In this document: piece after piece, positions 20,235 to 30,320 of the stretch
Position numbering within the stretch: the first letter of the stretch is position 1
Layout of the letters: every line of letters begins with the position of its first letter
Assembly: GCA_009693835.1 (NCBI GenBank)
Contig: SHWM01000004.1
Location: 1-62,387, forward strand
Direction: 5' to 3'
Source of the DNA: Alphaproteobacteria bacterium
GTDB taxonomy: Bacteria > Pseudomonadota > Alphaproteobacteria > UBA11222
Length of the DNA: 62,387 nucleotides
Notes under the pieces: generated by a model
Seen by the model: the letters and a program-made list of their open reading frames with translations, nothing else
Told to the model about the DNA's origin: nothing
Database searches by the model: none
Translations under genes and position numbers: made by a program

Positions 20235-21416
20235 TCAGGCGATCGCGCCGCTTTCCCGCAGCTTCGCGATCTCGGCTTTGCTGACGCCGATCTCGGCCAG
20301 CAGTTCATCCGTATGGGCGCCCATTTGCGGGGCGGGGCGGCGGATGCTGCTGGGCGTGCCCTCAAAGACGATTGGCGGCCGGGGATAGCGCATGTGCCCC
20401 GCGTCGGGATGTTCGGTTTCAATAATCATTTCATTATGCGCGATCTGTTCGTCCGTCAGAATATCCGCGCGGCTGTTGATTTTTGATCCGGGCACCTGTT
20501 CGCGCGACAGGCGATCCACCAGATCGGCCGAGGTAAAGCGGGCGAATTCGGCGGTGATGATGCTGTTCAGCGCATGCACATTCTGAACCCGCAGCGCCAC
20601 AGAGGTAAAACGCGGATCCGCTGCCAGGTCCGGGCGCTCCATCACCCGGCACAGGCCCGCATATTGCGCATCGGTGATGGCGAAGCCCATGACGAAGCCG
20701 TCTTTGGTGGCGGGCAGATTGTACATATCGCTGATGTCCGCAGTGGCCGGCTGTTCCCCGATGAAGGTCATGTTCGACATGGCGTCGGGCCACACAAAGG
20801 CCAGATTGGTGTCAAGCATGGCGATCTTGACATGCTGTCCGCCCGCGCCCCGCTCGCGCGCAAATAATGCCCCCATGACGGCCTGAACGACCGTCATCGA
20901 GGTGATCTTGTCGCACACAATATTGCGCACCGGTGATGGTTTGCCGCTGCCCGGTTCGGATTGCACCATCATATAGCCTGTGGCGGCCTGGATGACCCCG
21001 TCATAGACCGGATCGCGCGACCGCGGCCCGCTGTCGCCATAGCCGCTGACCGATACATAGATGATGTCGTCGCGCACCGCCCGGCAGGCGTCATAACCGA
21101 CGCCCAGCCGGTCCATCACGCCGGGGCGGAAATTCTGCACCACCACGTCGGCGGTTTTCGCCAGACGCAGCAGCGTATCGCGGCCCTCGGGTTTTTGCAG
21201 GTCGATGGCGGCGGCGCGCTTGTTGCGGTTGATCACCGCGAACCCCGCCCCCATGCCGCCGCGCGCCGGGCCAAAATAGCGCATGACGTCGCCCATGGCG
21301 GGGGATTCAACCTTTATGACATCGGCCCCCATGTCGCCCAGCATTGCGGTGCCGAACGGACCCGAAACATTGGCCGTCAGATCAAGGATACGTACGCCAT
21401 TCAGACATCCGGGCAT
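20235..21416 (-). CDS. Class III (CaiB/BaiF) CoA-transferase, paralogue 3
   Basis: Same motifs; closest to paralogue 1 (ETEHPDAG, SSIRR shared). Confidence 0.92.
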   Translation of the reverse strand: MPGCLNGVRILDLTANVSGPFGTAMLGDMGADVIKVESPAMGDVMRYFGPARGGMGAGFAVINRNKRAAAIDLQKPEGRDTLLRLAKTADVVVQNFRPGVMDRLGVGYDACRAVRDDIIYVSVSGYGDSGPRSRDPVYDGVIQAATGYMMVQSEPGSGKPSPVRNIVCDKITSMTVVQAVMGALFARERGAGGQHVKIAMLDTNLAFVWPDAMSNMTFIGEQPATADISDMYNLPATKDGFVMGFAITDAQYAGLCRVMERPDLAADPRFTSVALRVQNVHALNSIITAEFARFTSADLVDRLSREQVPGSKINSRADILTDEQIAHNEMIIETEHPDAGHMRYPRPPIVFEGTPSSIRRPAPQMGAHTDELLAEIGVSKAEIAKLRESGAIA

Positions 21417-21475
21417 TTTTGGCTCCTCCCTGTTTTATTCTTGTGTCCCATCCTGCCCCAGATTTTGCCGTTTGC

Positions 21476-21640
21476 CTAGTGTGGTGGATTTGAAGTTCCT
21501 GTAATATGCTCCGCGAGCCGGGCTGGAACTTCAAATCCAAAACCACACTGGAATCACTAATTTGCTAGTGTCGCTTTAATTTCAAAGTTCGCGTAAAGGC
21601 TTGCAGTTCGTTCTGACGAACTTTGAAATCGCGACACTAG
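21476..21640. repeat. CTAG-bounded double-hairpin element (MITE-like intergenic repeat)
   Basis: Hairpin 1: CTAGTGTGGT-GGATTTGAAGTTCC...GGAACTTCAAATCC-AAAACCACACTGG. Hairpin 2: CTAGTGTCGC..ATTTCAAAGTTCG...CGAACTTTGAAAT-CGCGACACTAG. Confidence 0.8.
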
Positions 21641-21699
21641 TAGCCCGGAGGTCTTTACCGGGGTAGACTGCGATATGAGAAATAGCAGGGAGATACCCG

Positions 21700-22254
21700 A
21701 TGTATGATATAGAAGCCGTGCGGCGCGACTTTATCGGTCGCACCTCACCCAAACGCCGCGCCAAATATGCAGTGGAACATGAACCGATCCGGCGCCATTG
21801 CATAATGGTCGGCAATGATAATCCGCTCTATCTCGAGCCGGGTTATGCGCCCCGCACACCGTGCCCGCCGACCGCCTTATGGATTTTTTCCATGGTCGAG
21901 CGTCTCGGCCCCAAGGGGCCAACACCGGCCAAATCCTCCGGGGGAAAGCCGGATGAAAAGCCGTCCGATTCTCCTTTTTCACTAAGTATGCCGATGATTG
22001 GCAGCCAGTTCACCAATATGGGCCGTGAACTGGAATTCCTGCTGCCGGTCTATGTGGGCGACCATCTGTCGAGCGCCACGCGCACGGCCGACATTTATCT
22101 TAAACCCACCCGGCTGGACCCGGAATCCTTGTGGATCGTCAATGAAGATATTATCACCAATCAGAAGGACGAGGTCGTCTGCCTGATCCGTAACACGCTG
22201 ATGAATTTCCGCACCGCCGACGAACTCAGGACAGCAGGAGTAACCCAGAAATGA
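21700..22254 (+). CDS. MaoC-like / FAS1 dehydratase N-terminal hot-dog fold protein
   Basis: VEHEPIRR..GNDNPLY..CPPT, ELEFLLPVYVGD, TNQKDEVV. Confidence 0.75.
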   Translation: MYDIEAVRRDFIGRTSPKRRAKYAVEHEPIRRHCIMVGNDNPLYLEPGYAPRTPCPPTALWIFSMVERLGPKGPTPAKSSGGKPDEKPSDSPFSLSMPMIGSQFTNMGRELEFLLPVYVGDHLSSATRTADIYLKPTRLDPESLWIVNEDIITNQKDEVVCLIRNTLMNFRTADELRTAGVTQK

Positions 22255-22685
22255 CGCGCAATGTATATTGGGAGGATGTGAAGGAAGGCGACATTTTGCC
22301 AACCTACAGCTTCGAGATTACCACAACCCTGATCGTAGATCAGGTGTCGGGATCGCAGGATTATAATTACATGCATCATGACACCGCCTTTGCGCGGCGC
22401 CAGGGCGCACCGGACGCCTATGTGAACACGGGATTTATCGAGGCGCTGCTGTCGCGCTCCGTCACCGACTTTATGGGCGACGCCGGGTTTCTGAAAAAGC
22501 TGAAACATCAGATGCGGCGTTTCAACGCGCTGGGCGACACTTTGACGGTCAGCGGCAAGGTCACGGCCAAGCGCATAGAGGGCGGCGAAAATCTGGTGGA
22601 ATGCGATGTCTGGCTGGAAAACAACCGTGACGGCATTTCTGTGCCGGGAACCGCTGTTGTCCGGTTGCCCAGCCGGGCGGGGTGA
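22251..22685 (+). CDS. MaoC-family (R)-hydratase hot-dog fold protein
   Basis: WEDVKEGD, hydratase-2-like QDYNYMHHD (DxxxxH), GDTLTVSGKV; ATGA-coupled to the upstream gene. Confidence 0.8.
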   Translation: MTRNVYWEDVKEGDILPTYSFEITTTLIVDQVSGSQDYNYMHHDTAFARRQGAPDAYVNTGFIEALLSRSVTDFMGDAGFLKKLKHQMRRFNALGDTLTVSGKVTAKRIEGGENLVECDVWLENNRDGISVPGTAVVRLPSRAG

Positions 22686-22697
22686 CAGGCCGGCGCG

Positions 22698-23135
22698 GTG
22701 AATCTGCATGCGAGCTGTGTGGCGATTGGGGAATGTGGCGTGCTGTTGCGCGGGCCGCCGGGCAGCGGAAAATCCGATCTGGCGCTGCGGCTGATTGATC
22801 AGTATGCGGATGCTGTGCTTGTGGCGGATGACCGGGTGGATGTTACAATAACAGATGGTGCGCTCCATGCGGCGGCGCCAGCGGCGATTGCCGGCAGGAT
22901 GGAGGTGCGCGGCGTCGGCATTGTGCCGGTTGACTACAGGCCGCGGGTGAAACTTGGTCTGGTGGTGGATTTGCAGGAGGAAACAAATATTGCCCGTCTG
23001 CCGGAAACGGAAAGTGCGGAAATAATGGGCATATGGCTGCCCCTGCTGCGGCTGGCGCCGTTTGCCGCCAGTGCGCCCGCAAAGCTGTGTCTGGCCCTGC
23101 GCCTGCACTGCGTGTCAGAGAAGGATCGCGCATGA
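22698..23135 (+). CDS. hprK: HPr kinase/phosphorylase, short alphaproteobacterial form
   Basis: LHASCVA, GPPGSGKSDLALRL, LVADD, MEVRGVG. Confidence 0.85.
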   Translation: MNLHASCVAIGECGVLLRGPPGSGKSDLALRLIDQYADAVLVADDRVDVTITDGALHAAAPAAIAGRMEVRGVGIVPVDYRPRVKLGLVVDLQEETNIARLPETESAEIMGIWLPLLRLAPFAASAPAKLCLALRLHCVSEKDRA

Positions 23136-24034
23136 ATATTTCCCGGCAACAGGACCGGCTGCTGATTGTCACCGGTCTGTCGGGCGCGGGAAAAAGCTCC
23201 GCCATGAAGGCGCTGGAAGATCTGGGCTATGACGCGGTGGACAATCTGCCGCTCAGCATGGCCTGGCAACTGGCGGGCGACTGGGCCAGCGCGCAGCGCC
23301 CGCTGGCGTCAAGCCCGCTGGGGCTGGCGATCGGCGTTGACAGCCGCACACGGGAATTCTCGCCGGAGCGGCTGACGGAGTTTCTGGCCTGGTTGCGGGC
23401 GCGCGGCGACATGGCGGTGGAGATGCTGTTTCTGGATTGCGACGACGATTTACTGTTCCGGCGTTTTACCGAAACACGGCGGCGGCATCCTTTGGGGCCG
23501 TCCGGGGAACGGTTGCGCGATGCGGTGACGGCGGAACGCGCAGCGATGCGCAGCCTGCGAGATCAGGCCGAAAAAGTGATCGACACCACGGCGCTCAGTA
23601 CCCATGATCTGCGCGCCCTGATCACGGGGTCGTATGCGCTGTCCGCGGCGGGCCTGGCGATTTCTATTGTCTCCTTTTCCTACCGGCGCGGCATACCCCG
23701 CGAGGCGGATCTGGCGTTTGACGCGCGCTTCCTCCGGAACCCGCATTATGTCGCCGAATTGCGCCCGCATAGCGGGCTGGACCGGGATGTCGGCATATTC
23801 ATCAGTGCGGATCCCCAGTTCGACATGTCCCTGGAAGCCTATGGTCGGATGGTGCATGCCCTGATGGCCGGTTACACACAGGAAGGAAAAAGTTATCTGA
23901 CCATCGCCATTGGCTGTACGGGCGGACGGCACCGTTCCGTGCATTTTGCCGAACGTCTGGGAGAGTTTTTGCGTGTCAGCGGGCATGAGACCGAAGTGCG
24001 CCATCGGGACATCGGCGCGGATGGCGGTAATTGA
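23132..24034 (+). CDS. rapZ: RNase adapter RapZ (YvcJ/YhbJ P-loop protein)
   Basis: TGLSGAGKS, VDNLP, ETRRRHPL, DARFLRNPH, GCTGGRHRSV. Confidence 0.93.
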   Translation: MNISRQQDRLLIVTGLSGAGKSSAMKALEDLGYDAVDNLPLSMAWQLAGDWASAQRPLASSPLGLAIGVDSRTREFSPERLTEFLAWLRARGDMAVEMLFLDCDDDLLFRRFTETRRRHPLGPSGERLRDAVTAERAAMRSLRDQAEKVIDTTALSTHDLRALITGSYALSAAGLAISIVSFSYRRGIPREADLAFDARFLRNPHYVAELRPHSGLDRDVGIFISADPQFDMSLEAYGRMVHALMAGYTQEGKSYLTIAIGCTGGRHRSVHFAERLGEFLRVSGHETEVRHRDIGADGGN

Positions 24035-24133
24035 CATTTCCGGTGCGCCGGACCTAATCTCCGCCCGGCTGACAATAATGAACCGCGCCGGATAGAGTGA
24101 TCATGAGGGCGATGCGTAAGTGGTAACCTTGCA

Positions 24134-24541
24134 ATGATTGGTTTGGTGGTCGTGACCCATGGTCGGCTGGCCGAAGAGTTTCTTGCCGCCATGGAACATG
24201 TGGTGGGCCCGCAGGAACAGACACGCGCCATCTGCATTGCGCCGGATGATGATATGGAACGCCGCCGTGCCGATATAGTGGACGCCGCCAAGGCCATCGA
24301 CACGGGCCAGGGGGTCATTATTCTGACCGACATGTTCGGCGGCACGCCGTCCAATCTGGCCATCTCCATCCTCAAACAGCCAAATGTTGAAGTGATAGCG
24401 GGCGTTAATCTGCCCATGCTGATCAAGCTTGCCACCGTCCGGCTTACCTGCCCGCTTGCCAAGGCCGTGGCAAAGGCGAGTGAGGCAGGCAGGAAGTATA
24501 TATATGTCGCTTCTAAAATGTTGAGCGGCGAAGACCATTGA
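24134..24541 (+). CDS. PTS EIIA component, mannose/fructose family
   Basis: MIGLVVVTHG, TDMFGGTPSN, GVNLPML. Confidence 0.92.
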   Translation: MIGLVVVTHGRLAEEFLAAMEHVVGPQEQTRAICIAPDDDMERRRADIVDAAKAIDTGQGVIILTDMFGGTPSNLAISILKQPNVEVIAGVNLPMLIKLATVRLTCPLAKAVAKASEAGRKYIYVASKMLSGEDH

Positions 24542-24819
24542 ACCTGCAGCCCGAGGCGCGGATTTTCACCATCTGCAATCGCCGTGGCCTGCACGCGCGC
24601 AGCTCCGCCAAATTTGTCAAATGCGTCGCAGAGTTTGACGCCAATGTGCGTGTGCGCCGTGACGGCCAGGAAGTCAGCGGCGCCTCCATTATGGGCCTGC
24701 TGATGCTCGGGGCCGCACAGCACTGCGACATAGAGGTGTCGGCGGAAGGGCCTCAGGCCGTCGCCGCCCTGGATGCGCTGCAGGCGCTGGTCGGCAGTGG
24801 CTTTGGAGAGGAGAACTGA
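24538..24819 (+). CDS. HPr/NPr-family phosphocarrier protein
   Basis: RGLHAR, SIMGLLMLGA. Confidence 0.92.
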   Translation: MNLQPEARIFTICNRRGLHARSSAKFVKCVAEFDANVRVRRDGQEVSGASIMGLLMLGAAQHCDIEVSAEGPQAVAALDALQALVGSGFGEEN

Positions 24820-24965
24820 GGTGATCGCTCTCCTTTTGCCATATAACCATATAAAGATTTCCTTATATGTAAGTTGCGGGCGGTCGGGACTCTTGCTATA
24901 AGACGGCTTTAATGGCTTTGCGTTATTCCTCAAGGCTCCAGTCACCCCCTGAATAGGAAACCCAG

Positions 24966-26261
24966 ATGGCCGCAGCACAGGATTATAAAGTCGCCGATAT
25001 GTCCCTTGCGGCGTGGGGGCGCAAGGAAATCACGATTGCCGAAACGGAAATGCCGGGCCTGATGGCGCTGCGCCGGGAATTTCACGGGCAAAAACCACTG
25101 GCGGGCGCGCGCATTATAGGCTGCCTGCATATGACCATCCAGACAGCGGTGCTGATAGAGACCCTGGCCGATCTGGGCGCGACCTTGCGCTGGTCGTCCT
25201 GCAATATTTTTTCGACGCAGGATCAGGCGGCGGCGGCTATTGCGGCCGTCGGCGTTCCCGTGTTCGCCTGGAAGGGCGAGACCGAAGAAGAATATGAGTG
25301 GTGCCTGGAGCAGACCATCAAAGGCCCGGGCGGCTGGACACCCAATATGCTGCTGGATGATGGCGGGGATTTAACGCGTCTGATGCATGACAAATATTCC
25401 GATCTGCTGAATGACGTGAAAGGCGTATCTGAAGAAACTACCACGGGCGTGTTGCGGCTGTATGACATGGCCAAGGCGGGCACGCTCAAGATTCCGGCCA
25501 TCAACGTGAATGATTCGGTGACCAAATCCAAATTCGATAATCTCTATGGCTGCCGCGAAAGTCTGGTGGATGGCATCAAACGCGCCACGGATGTGATGAT
25601 GGCGGGAAAGATTGCCGTGGTCTGCGGCTTCGGGGATGTCGGAAAAGGCTCCGCTGCCTCCTTGCGGTCTCAGGGGGCACGCGTGATGGTCACTGAAATC
25701 GATCCGATATGCGCATTGCAGGCCGCCATGGAAGGCTATCAGGTGGTGACCATGGAGCAGGGAGCACCCTTGGGCGATATTTTTGTGACCGCTACCGGTA
25801 ATGTAGACGTGATCACGCTGGATCATATGCGTCTGATGAAGGACCGCGCCATCGTCTGCAATATCGGTCATTTCGATTCTGAAATTCAGGTGGCCGCCCT
25901 GCGCAATTATAAATGGGAAAATGTGAAACCCCAGGTGGACGAGGTTCTGTTTCCGGATGGAAAGCGGCTTTTGCTGCTCGCCGAAGGCCGCCTGGTCAAT
26001 CTGGGCTGCGCCACGGGCCACCCAAGCTTTGTCATGAGCGCCTCCTTTACCAATCAGGTGCTGGCGCAAATGGAACTTTGGCGCAACGCCGCAAAATATG
26101 AGAAGCGCGTTTATGTGTTGCCCAAGCATCTGGATGAAAAGGTGGCGCGCCTGCATCTGGGCAAGCTGGGTGCGCAACTCACCACCCTGTCGGAAAAGCA
26201 GGCCAGTTATCTCGGCATCAGCCAGGCCGGGCCGTTCAAGGCGGAACAATACCGCTACTAG
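24966..26261 (+). CDS. ahcY: S-adenosylhomocysteine hydrolase
   Basis: [49 protein letters not shown]. Confidence 0.97.
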   Translation: MAAAQDYKVADMSLAAWGRKEITIAETEMPGLMALRREFHGQKPLAGARIIGCLHMTIQTAVLIETLADLGATLRWSSCNIFSTQDQAAAAIAAVGVPVFAWKGETEEEYEWCLEQTIKGPGGWTPNMLLDDGGDLTRLMHDKYSDLLNDVKGVSEETTTGVLRLYDMAKAGTLKIPAINVNDSVTKSKFDNLYGCRESLVDGIKRATDVMMAGKIAVVCGFGDVGKGSAASLRSQGARVMVTEIDPICALQAAMEGYQVVTMEQGAPLGDIFVTATGNVDVITLDHMRLMKDRAIVCNIGHFDSEIQVAALRNYKWENVKPQVDEVLFPDGKRLLLLAEGRLVNLGCATGHPSFVMSASFTNQVLAQMELWRNAAKYEKRVYVLPKHLDEKVARLHLGKLGAQLTTLSEKQASYLGISQAGPFKAEQYRY

Positions 26262-26282
26262 AAAGGGCCTGAACGGGGCGGG

Positions 26283-26298
26283 TTAACGTTCTGTTAAC
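26283..26298 (+). promoter_or_regulatory. Full CtrA-binding box upstream of divL
   Basis: TTAA-CGTTCTG-TTAAC matches TTAA-N7-TTAAC exactly. Confidence 0.7.
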
Positions 26299-26320
26299 CA
26301 TTGCCTGACAATTGTTTCGC

Positions 26321-28714
26321 ATGATGGGGCAATACTTACATTTCCTACCTTGGTTGATACTTGGCCCGGCCTTGTTTACAGGCTTCGCGGGAGCGTATTT
26401 CTGGCGGCAGGGGCAGGCGGCAACGCGGCATTGGGGCCAGCAGACACTGGCCGCGGCCCGCTTGCAGTCCAGACTGGAAAGCCTGGAACGACTGCTTGAA
26501 TCGGGCACGGGCACGATGTTTCTCTGGGACGCCGATCACGGGGTGCGTGTTTTTACCCAGAACAGCGAAGCGGCGGACGCTGATGGCGCCGCCGCCTTCT
26601 CCCGGTTATGCGGTAATCTGACGGAGGCGTCCCGCGCCGAATTGATGGCGGCGCTTGAGGCGCTGCGGGAAAATGGCGCCGCATTTGCGTTTCCTATCTT
26701 CTGCACGGACCAGCGCACGTTAGCCTGTCAGGGCAAGCCTGCGGGCGCGGGAACCGCACTCACTGTCTCCGATGTCAGCCAGGCCTATAGCGAAATTGTC
26801 ACCTTACGCGACGCGCTGAAGGAAACGCTGGAGGATCGGGATTTTCTGCGCCATGCCATTAACGGCATCCCCTATCCCGCGTGGCGGCGGGACGTAAATG
26901 ACCGTCTGACCTGGGTCAACGAAGCCTACTGCCGCGCAGTCGACGCCGCCTCTGGCGACGACGCCGTCCAGCGCGGAGAGGAACTTGTCAGCCGCAAGGC
27001 GCTGATGGAAATCCGGCAGCCGGGCAGTTCGCATCGTGTTGGCACAGTGGTGGCGGGACAAAGGCGCATTCTAGATCTGTTCGAGGTTTCCACCGGCAAG
27101 AGAAGCGTTGGCCTGGCGGTAGACGTGACGGAAATTCAGGACGCGCAAAACGAGGTTGCGGGACAGCGCGCATCGCAGCGCGCCATCCTGAATCATTTAC
27201 GGACGCCGGTGGTGAGTTTTTCTGGTGACGGCTCCCTGGAGTTCTTCAATCAGGGCTTTGCGGATTTATGGAATTTACCGGCAGAATGGCTTGCGACATA
27301 GCCGCATCATGGCGAGGTGCTGGAAGCCATGCGCGAGTCCCGCCGGATTCCCGAACAGGCGGATTTTCCGGTGTGGAAGCGAAAGCAGCTGGCCTCCTAT
27401 ACCGAGCTGATCGACAGCCAGGAGGAAATCTGGCAGCTGCCAAATGAACGCACCCTGCGTGTTGTCACCCAGGCCCGCCGCAATGGCGGATTGTTTGTTT
27501 TGTACGAAGATCTGACTGAATTGCTGACGCTGGAACGGTCCCTTAATGCGTTATCCAGGGTTCAGCTGGAACCCCTCAACAGCCTGCAGGAAGGTGTGGC
27601 GGTGTTTGGAATCGATGGCCGGATGCGGTTATATAATCCCGCCTTTCCGCGCATTCTCAAGATGAATGAAATGGTCGTGCAGGAGCATCCGCATATTGAT
27701 GAGATTCAGGGATTTTATCAGGCGCTGGTGCCGGATTTGCGGGGCTGGGATGCGATTAAGTCCCGCATCACGGGCGCTGAAACAGACCGCGAGATGTATA
27801 TATTGCGGGCCCAGCGCAAGGATAACATGGTCATTGATTGCACGATTGCCCCGCTACCGGATGGGGGCAGCCTGTTGACCATGGCGGATGTGACAGGTTC
27901 CGTGCAGATCGAGCGTGCGTTGCGCGACCGCAACGAAGCCCTGGAAACCACGGATCGCCTGAAATCCGAATTCATCGCGCACATTTCCTATCAGTTCCGT
28001 ACGCGGCTCAACAGCATTATCGGTTTTGCCGAAATACTGGAGCATGAATTTTTTGGCACAATGAATGAACGCCAGCATGAATATTCGCAAGGCCTGCTGG
28101 AGGCGTCGCAACAATTACTGGCGCTGGTCAATGACGTGATCGATCTGGCCTCGATCGAATCAGGGCAATTATCGCTGAGTCAGGACCGGGTTGATGTCAG
28201 GGGCTTGCTTGACTCGGTACGCGAGCTGTCGCGTCAGCGTGCGCGCGAATGTGATCTGACGCTGGTGCTGGACTGCCCGGAGGATATGGGCGTCATTTTT
28301 GCAGATGAACGGCGTATCAAGCAGGTTATGTTCAATCTTATTTCGAACGCGATCAAATTTTCGACTGCGGGCGAAGAGATTGTGATTGGCGCGAACCGGG
28401 TGGTGCAGGATGGGGGCGGCGTCTGCCAGCTATGGGTGCGCGACCGAGGCGCGGGAATTGAACGCAATTATCAGGAAAACATGTTCAAGCCGTTTGAATC
28501 CCGGTCCCGGAGTGGCGGGGAACAGGGTGCGGGGATCGGGCTGTCGCTGGTGCGCAGCCTGATCGAATTGCACGAGGGTTGGGTCGAGATAGAATCCGAA
28601 CCCGGACAGGGAACCAAGGTTATCTGCAATCTGCCGTTAAAGCGGAAGGATGATAACAGCGATCTTCCGGTCAGTCCGCCGTTGGCGATCCAGGTGATCC
28701 AGGCACGCCTTTAG
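26321..28714 (+). CDS. divL: DivL-like multi-PAS pseudo-histidine kinase, interrupted by one in-frame TAG at 27299-27301
   Basis: ORFs 26312-27301 and 27317-28714 are in the same frame (EWLAT*PHHGEVL). H-box has Tyr (ISYQFRT). N, G1 and G2 boxes present. Sits after ahcY and before tsaE. Confidence 0.8.
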
Positions 28715-29729
28715 CGGACGAATATTCAAATTTCAGCTCCACGTCCGGGTAGACGATTTTGTAGGCGGCATGGCACGCCATTTCAATCTCGCTAAACCCG
28801 GCCAGAATAAGATGCAGCTTGCCGGGATAGAGCGCGATATCACCAGCGGCGAAAATACCGGGTATATTGGTGACGCAGGTGGCGGGGTCCACATGGATGT
28901 GTTTTTTGTCCAGATTCAGCCCCCATTCGGCTATCGGCCCCAGTTTGTTGGAAAGGCCATAGAACGCCAGGAAATGATCGGCTTCCAGAATCCGGTTGCC
29001 CTGTTTGCTCTCCACCTCGACGCCGGTCAGTTTGCCGGCCGCGCCATGCAGGGATTTGACCGTATAGGGTACGACATAATCAATTTCCTCGGATTTGGCC
29101 CAGGCGCGCATTTTATCGACATTGGCGTCGGCGGCCCGGAAACCGTCGCGCCGGTGCACGATCGCCACCCGGCCGGCAATTTCCTTCAGCGACATCACCC
29201 AGTCCACCGCGCTGTCGCCGCCGCCGGCGATGACCAGTTTCTTGCCGCGAAACGCTTCGCGCTTTTTCACCAGATAATGCACATTGCCGGAAGCTTCATA
29301 AATGTCGAGATGCTCCACCGGCGGGCGGTTGGGGCCAAACGCGCCAACCCCGGCCGCGATGATCACGGCCTTGGCGTTAACGACATAGTTCTTGCTGGTG
29401 GTCAGCCGCCAATATGCGTCAGTGCCGCCAGGAATTTTTTCCATGGTCATGACCTGCTGATCCAGCAGATAGGTAGGAAGGAAGGGTGCCCCCTGCTTTT
29501 CCAGATTGACGATCAGCTGCTGCGCCTCAATCGACGGATAGCCGGGAATGTCATAAACCGGCTTTTCCGGATAGAGTGCCGTGACCTGGCCGCCGGTCAT
29601 TTCAAGTGAATCGATCAGAACGGTTTTCATGTTCAGCATGCCTGCGGCGAAAATGCCAAACAGGCCGACCGGGCCAGCGCCAATAATGGCAATGTCGGTA
29701 GTCAGGGTGGTGCCGTTTATCGTAGACAT
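28671..29729 (-). CDS. Ferredoxin--NADP+ reductase, thioredoxin-reductase-like
   Basis: GAGPVG, GGQVTALYPEKPVYDIPG, GGGDSAVDW, HRRDGFRA, YPGKL; no CxxC. Confidence 0.88.
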   Translation of the reverse strand: MSTINGTTLTTDIAIIGAGPVGLFGIFAAGMLNMKTVLIDSLEMTGGQVTALYPEKPVYDIPGYPSIEAQQLIVNLEKQGAPFLPTYLLDQQVMTMEKIPGGTDAYWRLTTSKNYVVNAKAVIIAAGVGAFGPNRPPVEHLDIYEASGNVHYLVKKREAFRGKKLVIAGGGDSAVDWVMSLKEIAGRVAIVHRRDGFRAADANVDKMRAWAKSEEIDYVVPYTVKSLHGAAGKLTGVEVESKQGNRILEADHFLAFYGLSNKLGPIAEWGLNLDKKHIHVDPATCVTNIPGIFAAGDIALYPGKLHLILAGFSEIEMACHAAYKIVYPDVELKFEYSSAKGVPGSPGSPTAD

Positions 29730-29813
29730 AGGAATTCATGCTCGCTGTTGAATATCGGTTGCAACAACATCGGCTAAGCGGCACCGCAAATCAAGTAGAA
29801 GCACACCCGCGAA

Positions 29814-30320
29814 ATGAGCCAGAAGCAGAAAAATGAGACCATGGGTGAACACTCATTCCTGCTGCCGGACCTGGCCGCCACGCAGGCCCTCGCGGTCCGG
29901 CTGGGGCGTTTACTGCGTGCGGGCGATGTGGTGGCGCTCTATGGCGGGCTCGGCGCGGGAAAAACCGCCTTTGCAAGGGCGCTGATTCAAAGCCTTCAGG
30001 CCCCTCTGGGTCTGGTGGAGGAAGTGCCCAGCCCGACATTTTCGCTGGTGCAGCATTATCAGATCGGCCCGCTGGGCCTATGGCATTTTGATCTGTACCG
30101 GCTTTCGGGCCCCGGAGAAACCCATGAACTGGGTCTGGAGGAAGCCTTTGCCGAGGGTGTCAGCCTGATTGAATGGCCGCAATGCGTGGAATCCCGGCTG
30201 CCCCCCAATCGTCTGGAGATTTATCTTGAAATTCCGGCAGATGCAGGCATTCAGGAGAGCAGGCGGCAGGTGCGCCTGGCGGGTTATGGGGACTGGCCGG
30301 AGCGGATGCAAAATGTCTGA
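29814..30320 (+). CDS. tsaE: tRNA t6A biosynthesis ATPase TsaE
   Basis: GLGAGKT, VPSPTFSLVQ, HFDLYRL, LIEWP. Confidence 0.94.
   Translation: MSQKQKNETMGEHSFLLPDLAATQALAVRLGRLLRAGDVVALYGGLGAGKTAFARALIQSLQAPLGLVEEVPSPTFSLVQHYQIGPLGLWHFDLYRLSGPGETHELGLEEAFAEGVSLIEWPQCVESRLPPNRLEIYLEIPADAGIQESRRQVRLAGYGDWPERMQNV

Noticed and set aside
21476-21640. CRISPR array
   Set aside because: Two imperfect inverted-repeat units rather than identical direct repeats with spacers; no cas genes
24820-24965. SAH or SAM/SAH riboswitch upstream of ahcY
   Set aside because: No recognisable GAGGAGCG...CAGGCTC core; a covariance search would be needed
27299-27301. Genome-wide TAG recoding or pyrrolysine
   Set aside because: TAG ends several full-length genes here (ahcY, ilvI, ilvC, DUF1302) and no pyl genes are visible
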